Source: an uncultured delta proteobacterium (lineage in GTDB: Bacteria > Myxococcota_A > Polyangia > Polyangiales > Polyangiaceae). Taken from it: DNA of 64,000 nt. A program made the translations under genes and the position numbers. Below, piece after piece: positions 34,902 through 45,584 of this stretch; position 1 is the first letter of the stretch; every line of letters starts with the position of its first letter. The notes below the pieces were generated by a model, which was not told where the DNA came from, searched no databases, and saw only the letters and a program-made list of their open reading frames with translations. The DNA lies in contig CAVOKF010000005.1 of NCBI GenBank assembly GCA_963696385.1, positions 1,216,001-1,280,000 on the forward strand, in the 5' to 3' direction.

Positions 34902-37811
34902 TCAAAGCTCGTCCGCGACCCGCCGTGCCGCGACGAGGCCCAACTTGGCTTCCGCCAGGGCCTGCCGCTGCGCGAGGGCCTCGTCCACGACCTCCTTGGG
35001 CGCGCGATCCGCAAAGCCCGGTGACGCGAGCTTCTTGTCGATGGCGGCGAGCTCCTTGTCGATCTTTCGGACCTCGCGTTCGATGCGTGAGCGCTCGGAT
35101 TCGGCGTCGACCAGGCCTTTGAGGGTGACGACGACCTCGATAGGACCGTGTGCGCTCGGCACGAGGCTTACGGTTGTACCCGTCTCTCGCACTCCTGCCG
35201 TGCTCATGAACTGCGGCAGGTTCCGGGTCTTCACGAGAAAACGGATGGCCGTGCCGTGGTCGCGCAGGAATCCTAGGACCTCCGCGCTATCCGACCGGAC
35301 GCTCATCGGAACATCGGTCTTGTGCTCGACGCCGTGCTCGCTGCGAATCGTTCGGGCGGCGGACACGACCGACTTGAAGAGGTCCATCCATTCATCCACA
35401 CCGGCATCGCGGCTCTCGCCTTCCTCGTTCGTCATGGGGTAGGGTGCTAAGGCGAGCGTTGCTGGGCGCGAGTGGGGACGCGGTACGCGCTGCCACAGCT
35501 CCTCGGTGATGAAGGGCATGAAGGGGTGCATCAGGCGCAGGCTTCCTTCGATCACATACGCGAGGGTCCGCTGCGTTTCGGCGACGAGGTCCGGGGGGGC
35601 CCCCTCGCCGTCGATGGGGTGGCGCAGGATGGGCTTGACGAGTTCGAGGTACCAGGAACAGAGCTCGTCCCAAAAAAAGTGGTAGACGGCCTGAGCCGCC
35701 TCGTCGATCCGAAAGCCGTCAAGCCCGTCACGCGCCCGTTCGACCGCCGCTGCGAACCGAGAACGAACCCAGCGGTTGTAGAAGCCGCGGGCAGCGTCGC
35801 GATGCCCGTCTTCACGGACGGCGACGGGTGTGTTGTGCAGCCGGGCCCGCGCCGCTTGCGAGTCTTGCCCCCAAGCGTAGTCGCCGAGCAGCTCGAGGGC
35901 GAGGCGGGTCGCGTTCCAGATCTTGTTGAGGAAATGGCGATTGCCCTCGATGCGCTTCGGCGCGAGCGCAATGCGCTTGTTGCTCGGTGGGTAGGTCGCC
36001 AACGTAAACCGTACCGCGTCGGCACCAAATGCCGCGAAGCCCGCGCCCATGGCCGCCGTCGACGGATAGGCCTTGCGAAACTTGGCGAGCGCTTCGCCAT
36101 CCGGCACCCCAGGCTGGGTACTCTTGACCATGTCGGCGAACGCCTTACCGTTGACCAGGTCCAGCGGATCGATGACGTTGCCCTTCACTTTGCTCATTTT
36201 CTCGCCCGTCTCGTCGACGACGAGGCCGTGAAGCAAGATGCGTCGGAAGGGGACGTCTCCGGTGAAATGGATGCCGAACATCATCATTCGAGCGACCCAA
36301 AAAAAGAGAATGTCGTAGCCCGTCTCGAGGTCGCTCGCCGGGTAGAACTTGGCAAGGGCGGGGGTCGCCTCGGGCCAACCAAGCGTCGAGAACGGCCAGA
36401 GCGCACTCGAGAACCATGTGTCGAGTACGTCGGGGTCTTGTCTCCAGGGGTTTTGTGGCCCTTCGTCGCCGATCCCATCGGGCCGCTCGCGCGCGACTCG
36501 GATTTCGCCATTCGGGCCATACCACGCAGGAATCTGGTGACCCCACCATAGCTGTCGAGACACGCACCAGTCCTGAATGTTTTCGAGGAAATGGTCGTAC
36601 GTCTTGGTCCATTCCGCGGGGAGGATCGTGACCCGGCCCGAATGCACGGCGTCGAGAGCGCGGTCCGCCATGGTCCGCATTCTCACGAACCACTGCGTCG
36701 AAATCATCGGCTCGACGACACCGCCGGACCGCGAGCAGCGAGGCAAGGTCAGCATGTGGGGCTTGCTGCCTCGCGCGAGTCCTTTTTCCTCGAGCGCCTT
36801 CTTGACCGCGCGCCGAGCTTCCTTCCGATCCAAGCCCGCAAAGCGCCCGGCGTTGGCGTTGAGCGTGCCATCGAGGTTCAAGATGTTGATCTCTTCGAGG
36901 GCGTGCCGCTTGCCTGTGGCGAAGTCGTTGAAATCGTGCGCGGGCGTCACCTTGACGGCCCCGGTGCCAAATTTCGGATCGACAAGAACCGCGTCGGTGA
37001 TGATGGGAATGGTTCGGTCGACGAAGGGATGCCGCGCCCGCTTGCCGTGCAGCATGCGGTAACGCGGATCGTCCGGGTGGACGGCAATGGCCGTGTCACC
37101 CAGCATCGTTTCCGGGCGCGTGGTCGCGACCACAATCTCGCCCTGATCGTCGACCGGGTACGCGAACTCGAACAGTTCGCCGCTCACTCCTTCGTCGTTG
37201 TCGACTTCGAGATCGCTGAGCGAGGTCGCGCACTCGGGACACCAATTGATGAGCCGCGTTGCCCGGTACATCAAGCCTTGCTCGTAAAGGCGCACGAAGG
37301 CCTCGACGACGGCGACATTCATCGGAGGGTCCATCGTGAAGCGGGAGCGGGACCAGTCCGCGCTCGCGCCGAGCAGGCGCTCTTGCTCGAGGATCCGGTC
37401 GCCCGTTTCTCGGCGCCATTCCCAGACGCGCTGGACGAATTCGTTGCGTCCGATCGCGTGACGCGAGACGCCCTGCCTTGCGAGCTGCCGCTCGACCACC
37501 AGCTGTGCCGCGATCCCCGCGTGGTCCGTTCCGGGCTGCCAAAGCACGTTGTAGCCGCGCATGCGATGAAAGCGCACGAGTGCGTCCTGCAACGTGATGA
37601 AGAGCGCGTGGCCCATGTGCAAGGATCCCGTGACGTTGGGGGGCGGCATCGGAACGACGTAGGCCGGACGCTCGTCCGCAGCGGAATCGGTCGCGGCGAA
37701 AACGCCATGGTCTTCCCAAAAGCGATACCAGCGCGGCTCGACGACGGCCGGGTCGTACGGCTGGTCGAGTGCTGGGGAGGCGGGGGCCGGGGGAGAAACG
37801 CGATCCGTCAT
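34902..37811 (-). CDS. valS: Valine--tRNA ligase
   Basis: PPPNVTGSLHMGH (HIGH), DWCVSRQLWWGH, KMSKVKGN and C-terminal coiled coil. Confidence 0.98.
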   Translation of the reverse strand: MTDRVSPPAPASPALDQPYDPAVVEPRWYRFWEDHGVFAATDSAADERPAYVVPMPPPNVTGSLHMGHALFITLQDALVRFHRMRGYNVLWQPGTDHAGIAAQLVVERQLARQGVSRHAIGRNEFVQRVWEWRRETGDRILEQERLLGASADWSRSRFTMDPPMNVAVVEAFVRLYEQGLMYRATRLINWCPECATSLSDLEVDNDEGVSGELFEFAYPVDDQGEIVVATTRPETMLGDTAIAVHPDDPRYRMLHGKRARHPFVDRTIPIITDAVLVDPKFGTGAVKVTPAHDFNDFATGKRHALEEINILNLDGTLNANAGRFAGLDRKEARRAVKKALEEKGLARGSKPHMLTLPRCSRSGGVVEPMISTQWFVRMRTMADRALDAVHSGRVTILPAEWTKTYDHFLENIQDWCVSRQLWWGHQIPAWYGPNGEIRVARERPDGIGDEGPQNPWRQDPDVLDTWFSSALWPFSTLGWPEATPALAKFYPASDLETGYDILFFWVARMMMFGIHFTGDVPFRRILLHGLVVDETGEKMSKVKGNVIDPLDLVNGKAFADMVKSTQPGVPDGEALAKFRKAYPSTAAMGAGFAAFGADAVRFTLATYPPSNKRIALAPKRIEGNRHFLNKIWNATRLALELLGDYAWGQDSQAARARLHNTPVAVREDGHRDAARGFYNRWVRSRFAAAVERARDGLDGFRIDEAAQAVYHFFWDELCSWYLELVKPILRHPIDGEGAPPDLVAETQRTLAYVIEGSLRLMHPFMPFITEELWQRVPRPHSRPATLALAPYPMTNEEGESRDAGVDEWMDLFKSVVSAARTIRSEHGVEHKTDVPMSVRSDSAEVLGFLRDHGTAIRFLVKTRNLPQFMSTAGVRETGTTVSLVPSAHGPIEVVVTLKGLVDAESERSRIEREVRKIDKELAAIDKKLASPGFADRAPKEVVDEALAQRQALAEAKLGLVAARRVADEL

Positions 37812-37907
37812 CGGAGGCCTGGCGTAGCGCGGTTCGGCGGAGACCTCATCCCCGGCGCTCTCGTCCGTCAGGTACCCCCATGCGCCACGACGTTATGGCC
37901 TCGGCGC

Positions 37908-39197
37908 TCACGGGTCCGAGTCCTCGGGGCGGTCCCCCGGCGCTGTCCGAACCTTCTTGCGGCCCCGAAAGATGAGCTTTGCATCCTGGAGCGACGCGCC
38001 TTGGATGAAGTAGGCGCCCGCCGCGGCACCTATGGCCATCGTCGCGCTGAAGGCAACCCCGGCGGAAATGACCGGTCCGCCAGCGGGGGCGACGACCTTG
38101 ACGAGCGCTCGGACGGCTTCGCGGAGCAGGAACGCCACGCCGACGTTTGCCCCGAGACCCGCGAGAAACTCGGACGCTCCACGTCGGTCGACCGAGCGCC
38201 CCGCTATCCATGCGATGGAGGCCACAAGGCCTGCCTGGAGCGTTGTCAAAGGGAAAATGTCGGCAATCGGAATCGGTGCCGCCGCGATGCCGGCGCATAC
38301 CGCGGCAGTTGCCTTCGTGAGCGTGGCGGCAAGCTCCTCCTGCACGACGCGAGCGCGTGTGACGCGCGCGAGTTCGGCGCGACCCGCCTCCGGCAGGTGT
38401 CGGAAGAGGATGGAGGCGAGATCATCCATTCGCCATCGCTCGTCCGCACGGAGCGTTCCGTCGGGGCGCCATGACATGTATACGGACACTCCAAGCGTCG
38501 CGACGTGGCGCTCGTGCAGCCGGGCCCGCCGTTCGATCTGCAGGGCGACGGCGTGTTCGGCGGCCGCCACGTGGCGCCGCTTCTCGTCGACTTCCTCAGG
38601 TGGCTCCGTGTCGGCCGAGTGCAGTCGCACGCCCTTGGGCTCGAGCAAGTCGCAGTGGGTGACGACGGCAATGAGGGGCGGTTCGCTCCGGTGTGCTCGT
38701 CGAAGTTCGTCGTAAACGCGATCGAGTGCGTCGAGATCGCGATCGATCGCGGCGTCGACTTCGCTCGCCTTCGCCACGAACAGCACCAGATCGGCGAATT
38801 TGGCGCGAAGCTCGAGAGCGATCGAGTCGATAGCGGTCTTTGCATCGTCGGCCTCGGCAGGGGGCGACCCCTCCTGGATGCCGCGGGTGTCGAGGATGGA
38901 CAGAGCGCCCCCGTCGCGCTCGTAGTCGTACCAGCGGCCCCGCCCCGTCTGTGCCGTCACGTGCCCCAACTCCGCCACTTTCGCCCCGAAGAGCGCATTG
39001 ACGAGCGACGATTTGCCGGCCCCGCGCCGTCCGACGAGCACCAGAGCCGGGGGCCGCTTCTCGAGGACGACGGTTCGGAGCGTTGCGATCCGCATGCGCA
39101 GATCTTTGGCGATGTCGACGGGGAGTCGTTCGAGCAAATCCTCGAGCCGCGCGATGGCGCGCGCCAGCATCTTCAGGGCTTCGTTGTCGGCGGGCAT
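37908..39197 (-). CDS. TRAFAC-class GTPase with hydrophobic C-terminal (DUF697/YcjF-like) domain
   Basis: GRRGAGKSS (G1), DTRG (G3), THCD (G4 variant), PIPIADIFPLTTLQ. Confidence 0.8.
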   Translation of the reverse strand: MPADNEALKMLARAIARLEDLLERLPVDIAKDLRMRIATLRTVVLEKRPPALVLVGRRGAGKSSLVNALFGAKVAELGHVTAQTGRGRWYDYERDGGALSILDTRGIQEGSPPAEADDAKTAIDSIALELRAKFADLVLFVAKASEVDAAIDRDLDALDRVYDELRRAHRSEPPLIAVVTHCDLLEPKGVRLHSADTEPPEEVDEKRRHVAAAEHAVALQIERRARLHERHVATLGVSVYMSWRPDGTLRADERWRMDDLASILFRHLPEAGRAELARVTRARVVQEELAATLTKATAAVCAGIAAAPIPIADIFPLTTLQAGLVASIAWIAGRSVDRRGASEFLAGLGANVGVAFLLREAVRALVKVVAPAGGPVISAGVAFSATMAIGAAAGAYFIQGASLQDAKLIFRGRKKVRTAPGDRPEDSDP

Positions 39198-39242
39198 CGA
39201 CGAGATTGCCGATCGGTGTGGCTGCGCCCCCGCCGGCTTCGC

Positions 39243-40196
39243 TCAGCCTTCCTTCATGATGCGCGCAATTTCCTCTTTGATAAGCGTTTCGGCAAGCTGG
39301 GGGACCACCTCCCACACGGCACGCTCGACCAACTCGCGCGAGAGCGCGAGGACGGCTTCGGCCTGTTGCCGGGTCAGCCCGATTTCGTCGAGTTTTCCGG
39401 CAAGCCGACCGTTCACCGTCGTCACCGCATCGCCGACGTGCTGGGCCGTCCCGGTCGGTTGACTCGTCGCCCCGGAGTGGACCGGCACGATTGTCGGCCC
39501 GACCGTTGGCGCCACCGTTTGAGCCTGAACCGCAGGTTGGGGCGGAGCCGCTGGTTGTGCCCCAACGGCCTGTCGAGCGGTATACGGAACGCCCGAAGGC
39601 GCCGTGCGCGACAGAGACGGAGGGCCGGCCACGGGAGCCGCGGGGCCAGGCGACGAAGCGGTCTCGAACGACAGGGTGTGGGCCCGCTGCGTGGACCACG
39701 CTGGCTTCGGAGGCGCCGCCGCCCCCGGAACCGGAACCGGAGCAGGCTGTGGGCGGGGCGGAGTGCCCCCGAAAGCGATGGCCGCGGGTTGCACCGCTGC
39801 GGCCGCCCCCGCGGGCGGGGCCGCCCGGCTTGTCTCGCGGGCAACGAGAACCCTTTTCACCTTGTCGATGAGGGCCTGGGTGTCGAAGGGCTTGTCGATG
39901 AAATCATCGACCCCCGCGTCGCGTCCGCGGTTGGCGTCGTAGGGGGCATAACGGCTCGCCATCAGCACCACGGCCAAGCCGCCAGCACGGGCGCGCAACT
40001 CCTTGGCCAAGGCGTAGCCGTCGTGGCTCCCGAGCGAGGCGTCGATGACCGCTACGACCGGTTCCTCGGCGAGCCCGGCCAAGGCGCTCGACGGGCCTTC
40101 CGCGCCGATGACCCGAAAATCCTCGCCCGCGAACGTGATCTCGAGAACTTTGCGCATCGTGACGCTGTCGTCGACGGCCAGCAGGGTCTTGGGCAC
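39243..40196 (-). CDS. romR: RomR-like polarity response regulator
   Basis: N-terminal receiver (LLAVDDSVTMRK, FIDKPFD), Pro/Ala-rich linker and C-terminal SRELVERAVWEVVPQLAETLIKEEI helix characteristic of RomR. Confidence 0.85.
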   Translation of the reverse strand: MPKTLLAVDDSVTMRKVLEITFAGEDFRVIGAEGPSSALAGLAEEPVVAVIDASLGSHDGYALAKELRARAGGLAVVLMASRYAPYDANRGRDAGVDDFIDKPFDTQALIDKVKRVLVARETSRAAPPAGAAAAVQPAAIAFGGTPPRPQPAPVPVPGAAAPPKPAWSTQRAHTLSFETASSPGPAAPVAGPPSLSRTAPSGVPYTARQAVGAQPAAPPQPAVQAQTVAPTVGPTIVPVHSGATSQPTGTAQHVGDAVTTVNGRLAGKLDEIGLTRQQAEAVLALSRELVERAVWEVVPQLAETLIKEEIARIMKEG

Positions 40197-40237
40197 GTGG
40201 CTTTCTCCGCTTCCAAACACAGTAAGCGATGAGACCG

Positions 40238-40267
40238 ATAATGGGTGCGCGACGCCAGAGGTGTCAA
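40238..40267 (-). promoter_or_regulatory. Candidate sigma70 promoter for romR
   Basis: Perfect TTGACA, 18-nt spacer, CATTAT, about 40 nt upstream of the GTG start. Confidence 0.45.
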
Positions 40268-41237
40268 GCGACGCGGGCCACGCCATGGTACAACAACCCC
40301 AGCTCCATTGGCGTTGCGAACGGTCGTCGTGACCCGGGATCTCGAGGGGCCGCTCGATCGGGCGGTCCGGACGATCCTCGAAGCAAGCTGGGGGAAGGCA
40401 CGGTCTTGGATCGAGGCGGGAAAGGTGCGCGTGGCCGGCACGGTCGCCACCGAGCCGACCACGCGCGTCCGTGCGGGACACGAAATCTGCATCGACGAGG
40501 GCGCGACGCGCTCGAGGCCTACACGTCTGACGGAAGACCAGGTCGTTTACGTGGACGCACAGGTGATCGTGGTCGCGAAGCCAGCGGGCGTCAGTACCGT
40601 GCCCTTCGACGATCGCGAGACGGATACTCTCGAGGGCCGCGTCCGGGCGTGGATGGATCGAAAGCGAGTGGCGCCCGGCAAGCAACGGCCCAACCTCGGC
40701 GTCGTGCACCGCCTGGACAAGGAAACGAGTGGGCTGGTCGTGTTCACCCGCACTTGGCTCGCCAAGCAGAGCCTGGCTGGCCAGTTCCGGCGCCACAGCG
40801 TGCACCGGCGTTATCTGGCGATTGCGCACGGCCGCGTCGGGGCGCGGGCCTACCGGAGCTGGCTCGTCGACAACCGTGGCGATGGCTTGCGCGGATCCGT
40901 CCGTGGCACGCCGCCGACGCACGCTCGCGAAGCGATCACGCACGTCGAGCCGCTCGAGGCGCTCGCTCAAGCGACGCTGGTCGCGTGCCGCCTCGAGACC
41001 GGGCGCACCCATCAGATTCGCATCCACTTGAGCGAGTCGGGTCATCCGATCGTAGGCGACCGGGTCTACACGCGACGCTACAGCGGTTCGTTGATCGAGG
41101 CCCCGCGTCTGATGCTCCACGCGAGCGAGCTCGGTTTCGTGCATCCGGCCACCGAGCAGCCGGTTCGGTGGGAGCGCGCGATGCCGGATGACATGGCTGC
41201 AGTCCTTGACCGGCTCCGCCATACTCCACAGGGATGA
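40245..41237 (+). CDS. RluA/RluD-family pseudouridine synthase
   Basis: S4-like N-terminus, AKPAG, VHRLDKETSG, LETGRTHQIRIH, GHPIVGD, LMLHA. True start probably about 70 nt downstream. Confidence 0.93.
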   Translation: MRDARGVKRRGPRHGTTTPAPLALRTVVVTRDLEGPLDRAVRTILEASWGKARSWIEAGKVRVAGTVATEPTTRVRAGHEICIDEGATRSRPTRLTEDQVVYVDAQVIVVAKPAGVSTVPFDDRETDTLEGRVRAWMDRKRVAPGKQRPNLGVVHRLDKETSGLVVFTRTWLAKQSLAGQFRRHSVHRRYLAIAHGRVGARAYRSWLVDNRGDGLRGSVRGTPPTHAREAITHVEPLEALAQATLVACRLETGRTHQIRIHLSESGHPIVGDRVYTRRYSGSLIEAPRLMLHASELGFVHPATEQPVRWERAMPDDMAAVLDRLRHTPQG

Positions 41238-41361
41238 GCGGGACGCTCACGCAAGCCTTGGGGGGCAACGATTTTCCGCGATCGGCGAGGTCTCCCGTCT
41301 CGGCATTTTTCGAGGGACCGCGCAAGGGCCCGACAATAGTGCTAAAAATGGATCCGATCGA

Positions 41362-42420
41362 ATGTCCGAGCTCAGCGCCCGCGCCAGGCAGGTGCTTTAC
41401 CACTGCGTAACGGAATACGTGGCCACCGGCGAGCCGGTGGGGTCACGAACGCTCGCCAAGAAATCGGGTCTCGATCTCTCCCCAGCGAGTATCCGTAACG
41501 TTCTCGCCGACCTCGAAGACATGGGGTACTTGCGACAGCCGCACACGAGCGCGGGACGAATTCCGACCGACCGTGCGTTTCGCTTGTTCATCGATGCTCT
41601 GATGCACGTTCGCGCGGTGACGAACGAAGAGGTGGCCGCCATTCGCGATCGCTTCGCGTCGTTCGAGCCCGGACAAAACGTGATGCGCGAAACGGGCAAG
41701 CTGCTCTCCGAGTTGACGGGCACAGCGGCCGTCGTCTCGGCGCCGCGCGCCGAGACGCTTGTCCTCAAGCAGCTCCGGTTTCTGCGGACCGGTCCCGACG
41801 AAGTGCTGGCCGTACTCGTCATCAAGAACGGGGCGGTGCAAAATCGCTTCCTGCGCGTGGCGATGACCGAGGCAGAGCTTCAGCGCATCCACAATCTTCT
41901 GGATGACGTCGTCGAAGGTCGAACCCTCGGTGACTTACGGGAGCTGTTCGACCGACGCTTGCTGAGCCAGCGGATCCAGCAGGACGAGACACGGCGCCGT
42001 GCGTTCGAACTGGGGGCCGAAGCCGTCGGCGACGCGGCCGACGGCGAGACCGACCTCGTCATCGAGGGCCAAGACCGCTTGCTCGAGAAGCCGGACTTCG
42101 ACGACGTCGGGCACTTCCGGCGGCTCGTCACGGCCCTGGACGCCCGAGAAAAGCTCATCAAGCTGCTCGACTTGGCGATCCAATCAAAGCGAGGTCACGT
42201 CGTCGTCGGAGAAGAATTCGGCGACTTGGGCGACGGCCAACTCGCTATCGTCGGCGCGGCCTACACCTCCCACGGGCAGACGGTGGGAACGGTCGGCGTC
42301 ATCGGGCCGACACGCATGGATTATCCGCGCGTGTTGCCGCTCGTGGCCGCGACGGCCAGTGCGATGAGCGAATTCATGGAACGATCGGAAGGCGGCAAGA
42401 AAGAACCGGACGAGCAATGA
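41362..42420 (+). CDS. hrcA: Heat-inducible transcription repressor
   Basis: YVATGEPVGSRTL, SPASIRNVLADLE, QPHTSAGRIPTD, GVIGPTRMDY. Confidence 0.96.
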   Translation: MSELSARARQVLYHCVTEYVATGEPVGSRTLAKKSGLDLSPASIRNVLADLEDMGYLRQPHTSAGRIPTDRAFRLFIDALMHVRAVTNEEVAAIRDRFASFEPGQNVMRETGKLLSELTGTAAVVSAPRAETLVLKQLRFLRTGPDEVLAVLVIKNGAVQNRFLRVAMTEAELQRIHNLLDDVVEGRTLGDLRELFDRRLLSQRIQQDETRRRAFELGAEAVGDAADGETDLVIEGQDRLLEKPDFDDVGHFRRLVTALDAREKLIKLLDLAIQSKRGHVVVGEEFGDLGDGQLAIVGAAYTSHGQTVGTVGVIGPTRMDYPRVLPLVAATASAMSEFMERSEGGKKEPDEQ

Positions 42421-42438
42421 TAAGCTACCGGTCCTCCG

Positions 42439-43797
42439 ATGACGCACTCTCCGCCGGACCTGCCCGGCGCCCAGACGACCGATTCACCGATCGATCGCGC
42501 TCTGACGCTTCTCCTCGCTGAGGAACCGGAAGCCGCGCTGCGGTGGAGCGCGGCGGTCGTCGAACGAGATGCTTCCATCCCGAGCGCCCTGGTCATTACG
42601 TGCCGGCTGCTCGAACAGATGGGCCGCCCCGAAGCGGCGATTGAGGGCTTCGAGCTCGCCGTGCGCCGTGCGATCGATGCCGGCAATCTGCCCCTGGCCG
42701 TGGCGGCCGTCGCGGATCTGCGTGCTCTAGGGGTCAACGTCGAACCATCGCTGGCCGAGGTCGCGGAGGCCTTCTGTCTCGGTTCGATCCGCCTCCAAGA
42801 CAACGAGACGCCGCCGCCGCCTTTGCCCAACTTCGAGGGTTTCCAGCCGCTCAGCTCATTTCTCAGCGGCCCCGCGCTGACGTCGAAGGCTACGCAGATT
42901 CTGCACGCCGCAACGCGTGAATATCGGGAGGCCGAGGGGACCGAGCTGCCGCTGGTCGCGCCGCTCGCGTTCTTCAGCGCGTTGTCCAAGGACGCCCTGA
43001 GTGATCTCGTCGCCGCATTCGAGATGATCACGGTTCCGGCTGGCGAGCGGGTCATCACCGCGGGTGAGGAAGGCGCTGAGGCGTACATCGTCGCCCGCGG
43101 CGAGCTGGAGGTCACACGCGCCAACGAGGACGATCAGGACCCGCCCGTGGTGTTGGCGCGGCTCGTGAGCGGTGCGCTTTTCGGCGAGATGGCGCTTTTG
43201 TCGCGGGCGCCTCGAGCGGCGAATGTCGTCGCCACTCGGCCGTCCATCCTGCTCGTCGCGAAGCGGGACGCACTCGAGGCCGTTGCCGAGAAGCGACCCG
43301 AGGTGGCGGTGGAGCTGGCTGCTCATTGCCGCCGGCGCATGGTGGCCAATCTGGGTCGCACCTCCGGTGTCCTCATCGCGGTCCCCCCAGCCGAGCGAGC
43401 GATCCTCGTCGAACGATTCGAGACACGCATCTTCGAACGGGGAGACAAGCTGGTCGTAGAGGGAGAGGAGGCCCAAGGCCTGCACCTCGTGGCCTCGGGC
43501 GAGGTTGCGGTCGTGGCGCACGAGAACGGCGAGTCCATCGTCGTTGCGACGCTACCGGCTGGCGAGACGGTCGGCGAAGGCGCACTCCTGCTGCGACGGA
43601 AAGCCAATGCGGACGTCATCGCGGTGCATCCGACCGTCACGCTGTTCCTGCCGCGCGAGGAATTCCTCGAGCTGGTCGAGGCGCACCCGAGCATCTTGCA
43701 CGGACTGTACATGACGGCCGTCCGCCGTGACGACGAGACCACACGCGCGCTCGACTCCGCGCCCGCTTCGGCGGCCGTGGACTACGTGCTTCTCTGA
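42439..43797 (+). CDS. Tandem cyclic-nucleotide-binding domain protein with TPR-like N-terminus
   Basis: GEEG..AYIVARGELEV...FGEMALL...RAANV, plus a second degenerate copy (VGEGALL...ANADV). Confidence 0.88.
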   Translation: MTHSPPDLPGAQTTDSPIDRALTLLLAEEPEAALRWSAAVVERDASIPSALVITCRLLEQMGRPEAAIEGFELAVRRAIDAGNLPLAVAAVADLRALGVNVEPSLAEVAEAFCLGSIRLQDNETPPPPLPNFEGFQPLSSFLSGPALTSKATQILHAATREYREAEGTELPLVAPLAFFSALSKDALSDLVAAFEMITVPAGERVITAGEEGAEAYIVARGELEVTRANEDDQDPPVVLARLVSGALFGEMALLSRAPRAANVVATRPSILLVAKRDALEAVAEKRPEVAVELAAHCRRRMVANLGRTSGVLIAVPPAERAILVERFETRIFERGDKLVVEGEEAQGLHLVASGEVAVVAHENGESIVVATLPAGETVGEGALLLRRKANADVIAVHPTVTLFLPREEFLELVEAHPSILHGLYMTAVRRDDETTRALDSAPASAAVDYVLL

Positions 43798-44822
43798 TGG
43801 TCGAACGGCATCCGCCCGACGCCCCTCACCGCGCCGCCACGATCGTGCGCCTGCCGGCAGCGACGAACACCGTACCGCCGTTACGCGGCGGGTTCACGCC
43901 GGCCGAAGCGCGACAAGCCCGCCGTCTGGCAATCGTCACGGGGATCGTCGGCGGCTTCTTCGTGTTGGAGCTTGGGGGAGCTCTTTTCGCGGACAGCCTC
44001 GTCCTCCAAGCGGATGCCATGCATCTTCTGATGGATGTGTTGGCGCTGGGCGTCAGCTTGCTCGCGATGCGACTGGCGGTTCGGGCGCCGACCGCGCGCT
44101 TCACATTTGGACTGCGGCGAGCGGAGCCAGTGGCCGCCATTTTTAGCGCTGTTCTCGTGCTTTTAACCACGGCTTGGATCGTCGTCGAGGGGGTCGTCGC
44201 GCTTCGCGGGCACCCTTCACCGAAGGCGGGCGCCATGCTCGTTGTGGCGCTCGCGGCTCTCTTCGTGAGCGGCTTGAGCGCGTGGCTCTTGCACGACGTC
44301 ATCGGGCAAGCGCCCGCGGATCCGCATGCCGGCGATTCGACCGATCCGGCGCACCATCCTCTGCCCGGTCGGATCGAACACGGCCATGCGCTCAACCTGC
44401 GAGGTGCGGCGCTTCACCTGGTCGGCGATACCCTCGGGGCACTTGCAGCGGTCGTCGCCGCGATCGTGGTTCGCTTCGGGGGTCAGCCAGCGGCCGATCC
44501 CGTCGCCGGCTTCGTGGTCGCCGCGATCCTGTTCGTCGGCTCGATGCGCTTGCTGGGACAGGCGACGATGGTGCTGCTCGAAGCGGCACCGGCCCATCTC
44601 TCGTCGCTCGCCGTCCGTGGCGCGATCGATGCTTTTCCCGGCGTGGTGGCCGTCGATGCGCTGCACGTGTGGACTCTGGGTGCAGGACACGATGCGATCA
44701 TGGCGTGTGTGCGAACGACCTCGAACGACCCCACGTTCGCACCGAGGCTTTCGGCCCACCTGCGAAGCGCAACCGGTGCCGAGTACGTGACGGTGCAAGT
44801 CGAGCCGCCCCCCGACTCCTGA
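43797..44822 (+). CDS. Cation diffusion facilitator (CzcD/ZitB-like)
   Basis: ADAMHLLMD, FTFGLRRAE, NLRGAALHLVGD, LHVWTL. Confidence 0.92.
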   Translation: MVERHPPDAPHRAATIVRLPAATNTVPPLRGGFTPAEARQARRLAIVTGIVGGFFVLELGGALFADSLVLQADAMHLLMDVLALGVSLLAMRLAVRAPTARFTFGLRRAEPVAAIFSAVLVLLTTAWIVVEGVVALRGHPSPKAGAMLVVALAALFVSGLSAWLLHDVIGQAPADPHAGDSTDPAHHPLPGRIEHGHALNLRGAALHLVGDTLGALAAVVAAIVVRFGGQPAADPVAGFVVAAILFVGSMRLLGQATMVLLEAAPAHLSSLAVRGAIDAFPGVVAVDALHVWTLGAGHDAIMACVRTTSNDPTFAPRLSAHLRSATGAEYVTVQVEPPPDS

Positions 44823-44972
44823 CGGCTCGATCGAATCTTACGGACGGCGCCCTCCGGGAGATGCCCCGCCCAGAAAGGGCGGCAGGAATCCGGCTCAGCT
44901 CACCCACAACCATTCCTCGTTGGTTCGGACGGACTTGACCGAGCGTGCCGCATTGAGTACGCCCCATCGCCG

Positions 44973-45584
44973 ATGCGCACATTAGCCCGTCCCATTCTCG
45001 CCACCGCCCTGGTGGTCGCCTTTTCGATCTTTGGCAGAACCGCCGCCGCGGAAACCAAGGTGGCCGTCGTCGACGTGCAGCGTGCCGTCATGCAGACCGA
45101 GGAGGGGCTCCGCGCCCAGGCGACACTCAAGAAGATGTTCGATAGTCGCCAGCAGGAGCTCAACAAGCGCCAGACGGATCTTCAAAAGCAAAAAGAGGAC
45201 ATCGACAAGCAGGCGAAGGTTCTCTCGCAGCAAGCATTGCAAAAGAAGGTCGACGACTGGCAAAAGCAGATGGTCGAGCTCCAGCAGACGTTCGTCGAGT
45301 ACAACAAGGAGCTCGAGAAAAAGCAGAAGGAGATGACGGATCCGATCTTCGAGCGCGTTCTCGGGGCGATCAAGCGGGTGGCTGGTGCCGATGGCTACGA
45401 CCTCATCGTCGACCGTGCGACGGTGGCGTTCTCGCGGGGTGACTTGGATCTCACCGACCGAGTCATCCAAATGGCGAACGGGGCATTGGTGGGCGGCAAC
45501 GCTGGGTCGCCGCCGGCCATCAGCGGATCGGCCACGCCCGCGCCCGTGCGGGCCCCTGCCCAAGGCGGCTCCGCGAAGCCGTGA
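44973..45584 (+). CDS. skp: OmpH/Skp periplasmic chaperone
   Basis: Signal peptide, KVAVVDVQR, long coiled coil, GYDLIVD, DLTDRVI; precedes lpxD. Confidence 0.9.
   Translation: MRTLARPILATALVVAFSIFGRTAAAETKVAVVDVQRAVMQTEEGLRAQATLKKMFDSRQQELNKRQTDLQKQKEDIDKQAKVLSQQALQKKVDDWQKQMVELQQTFVEYNKELEKKQKEMTDPIFERVLGAIKRVAGADGYDLIVDRATVAFSRGDLDLTDRVIQMANGALVGGNAGSPPAISGSATPAPVRAPAQGGSAKP

Noticed and set aside
41319..41345. Possible CIRCE operator before hrcA (TAGTGCTAA)
   Set aside because: Only the right half-site matches (8/9). The left half at the required spacing (CGCGCAAGG) matches TTAGCACTC at 3/9.
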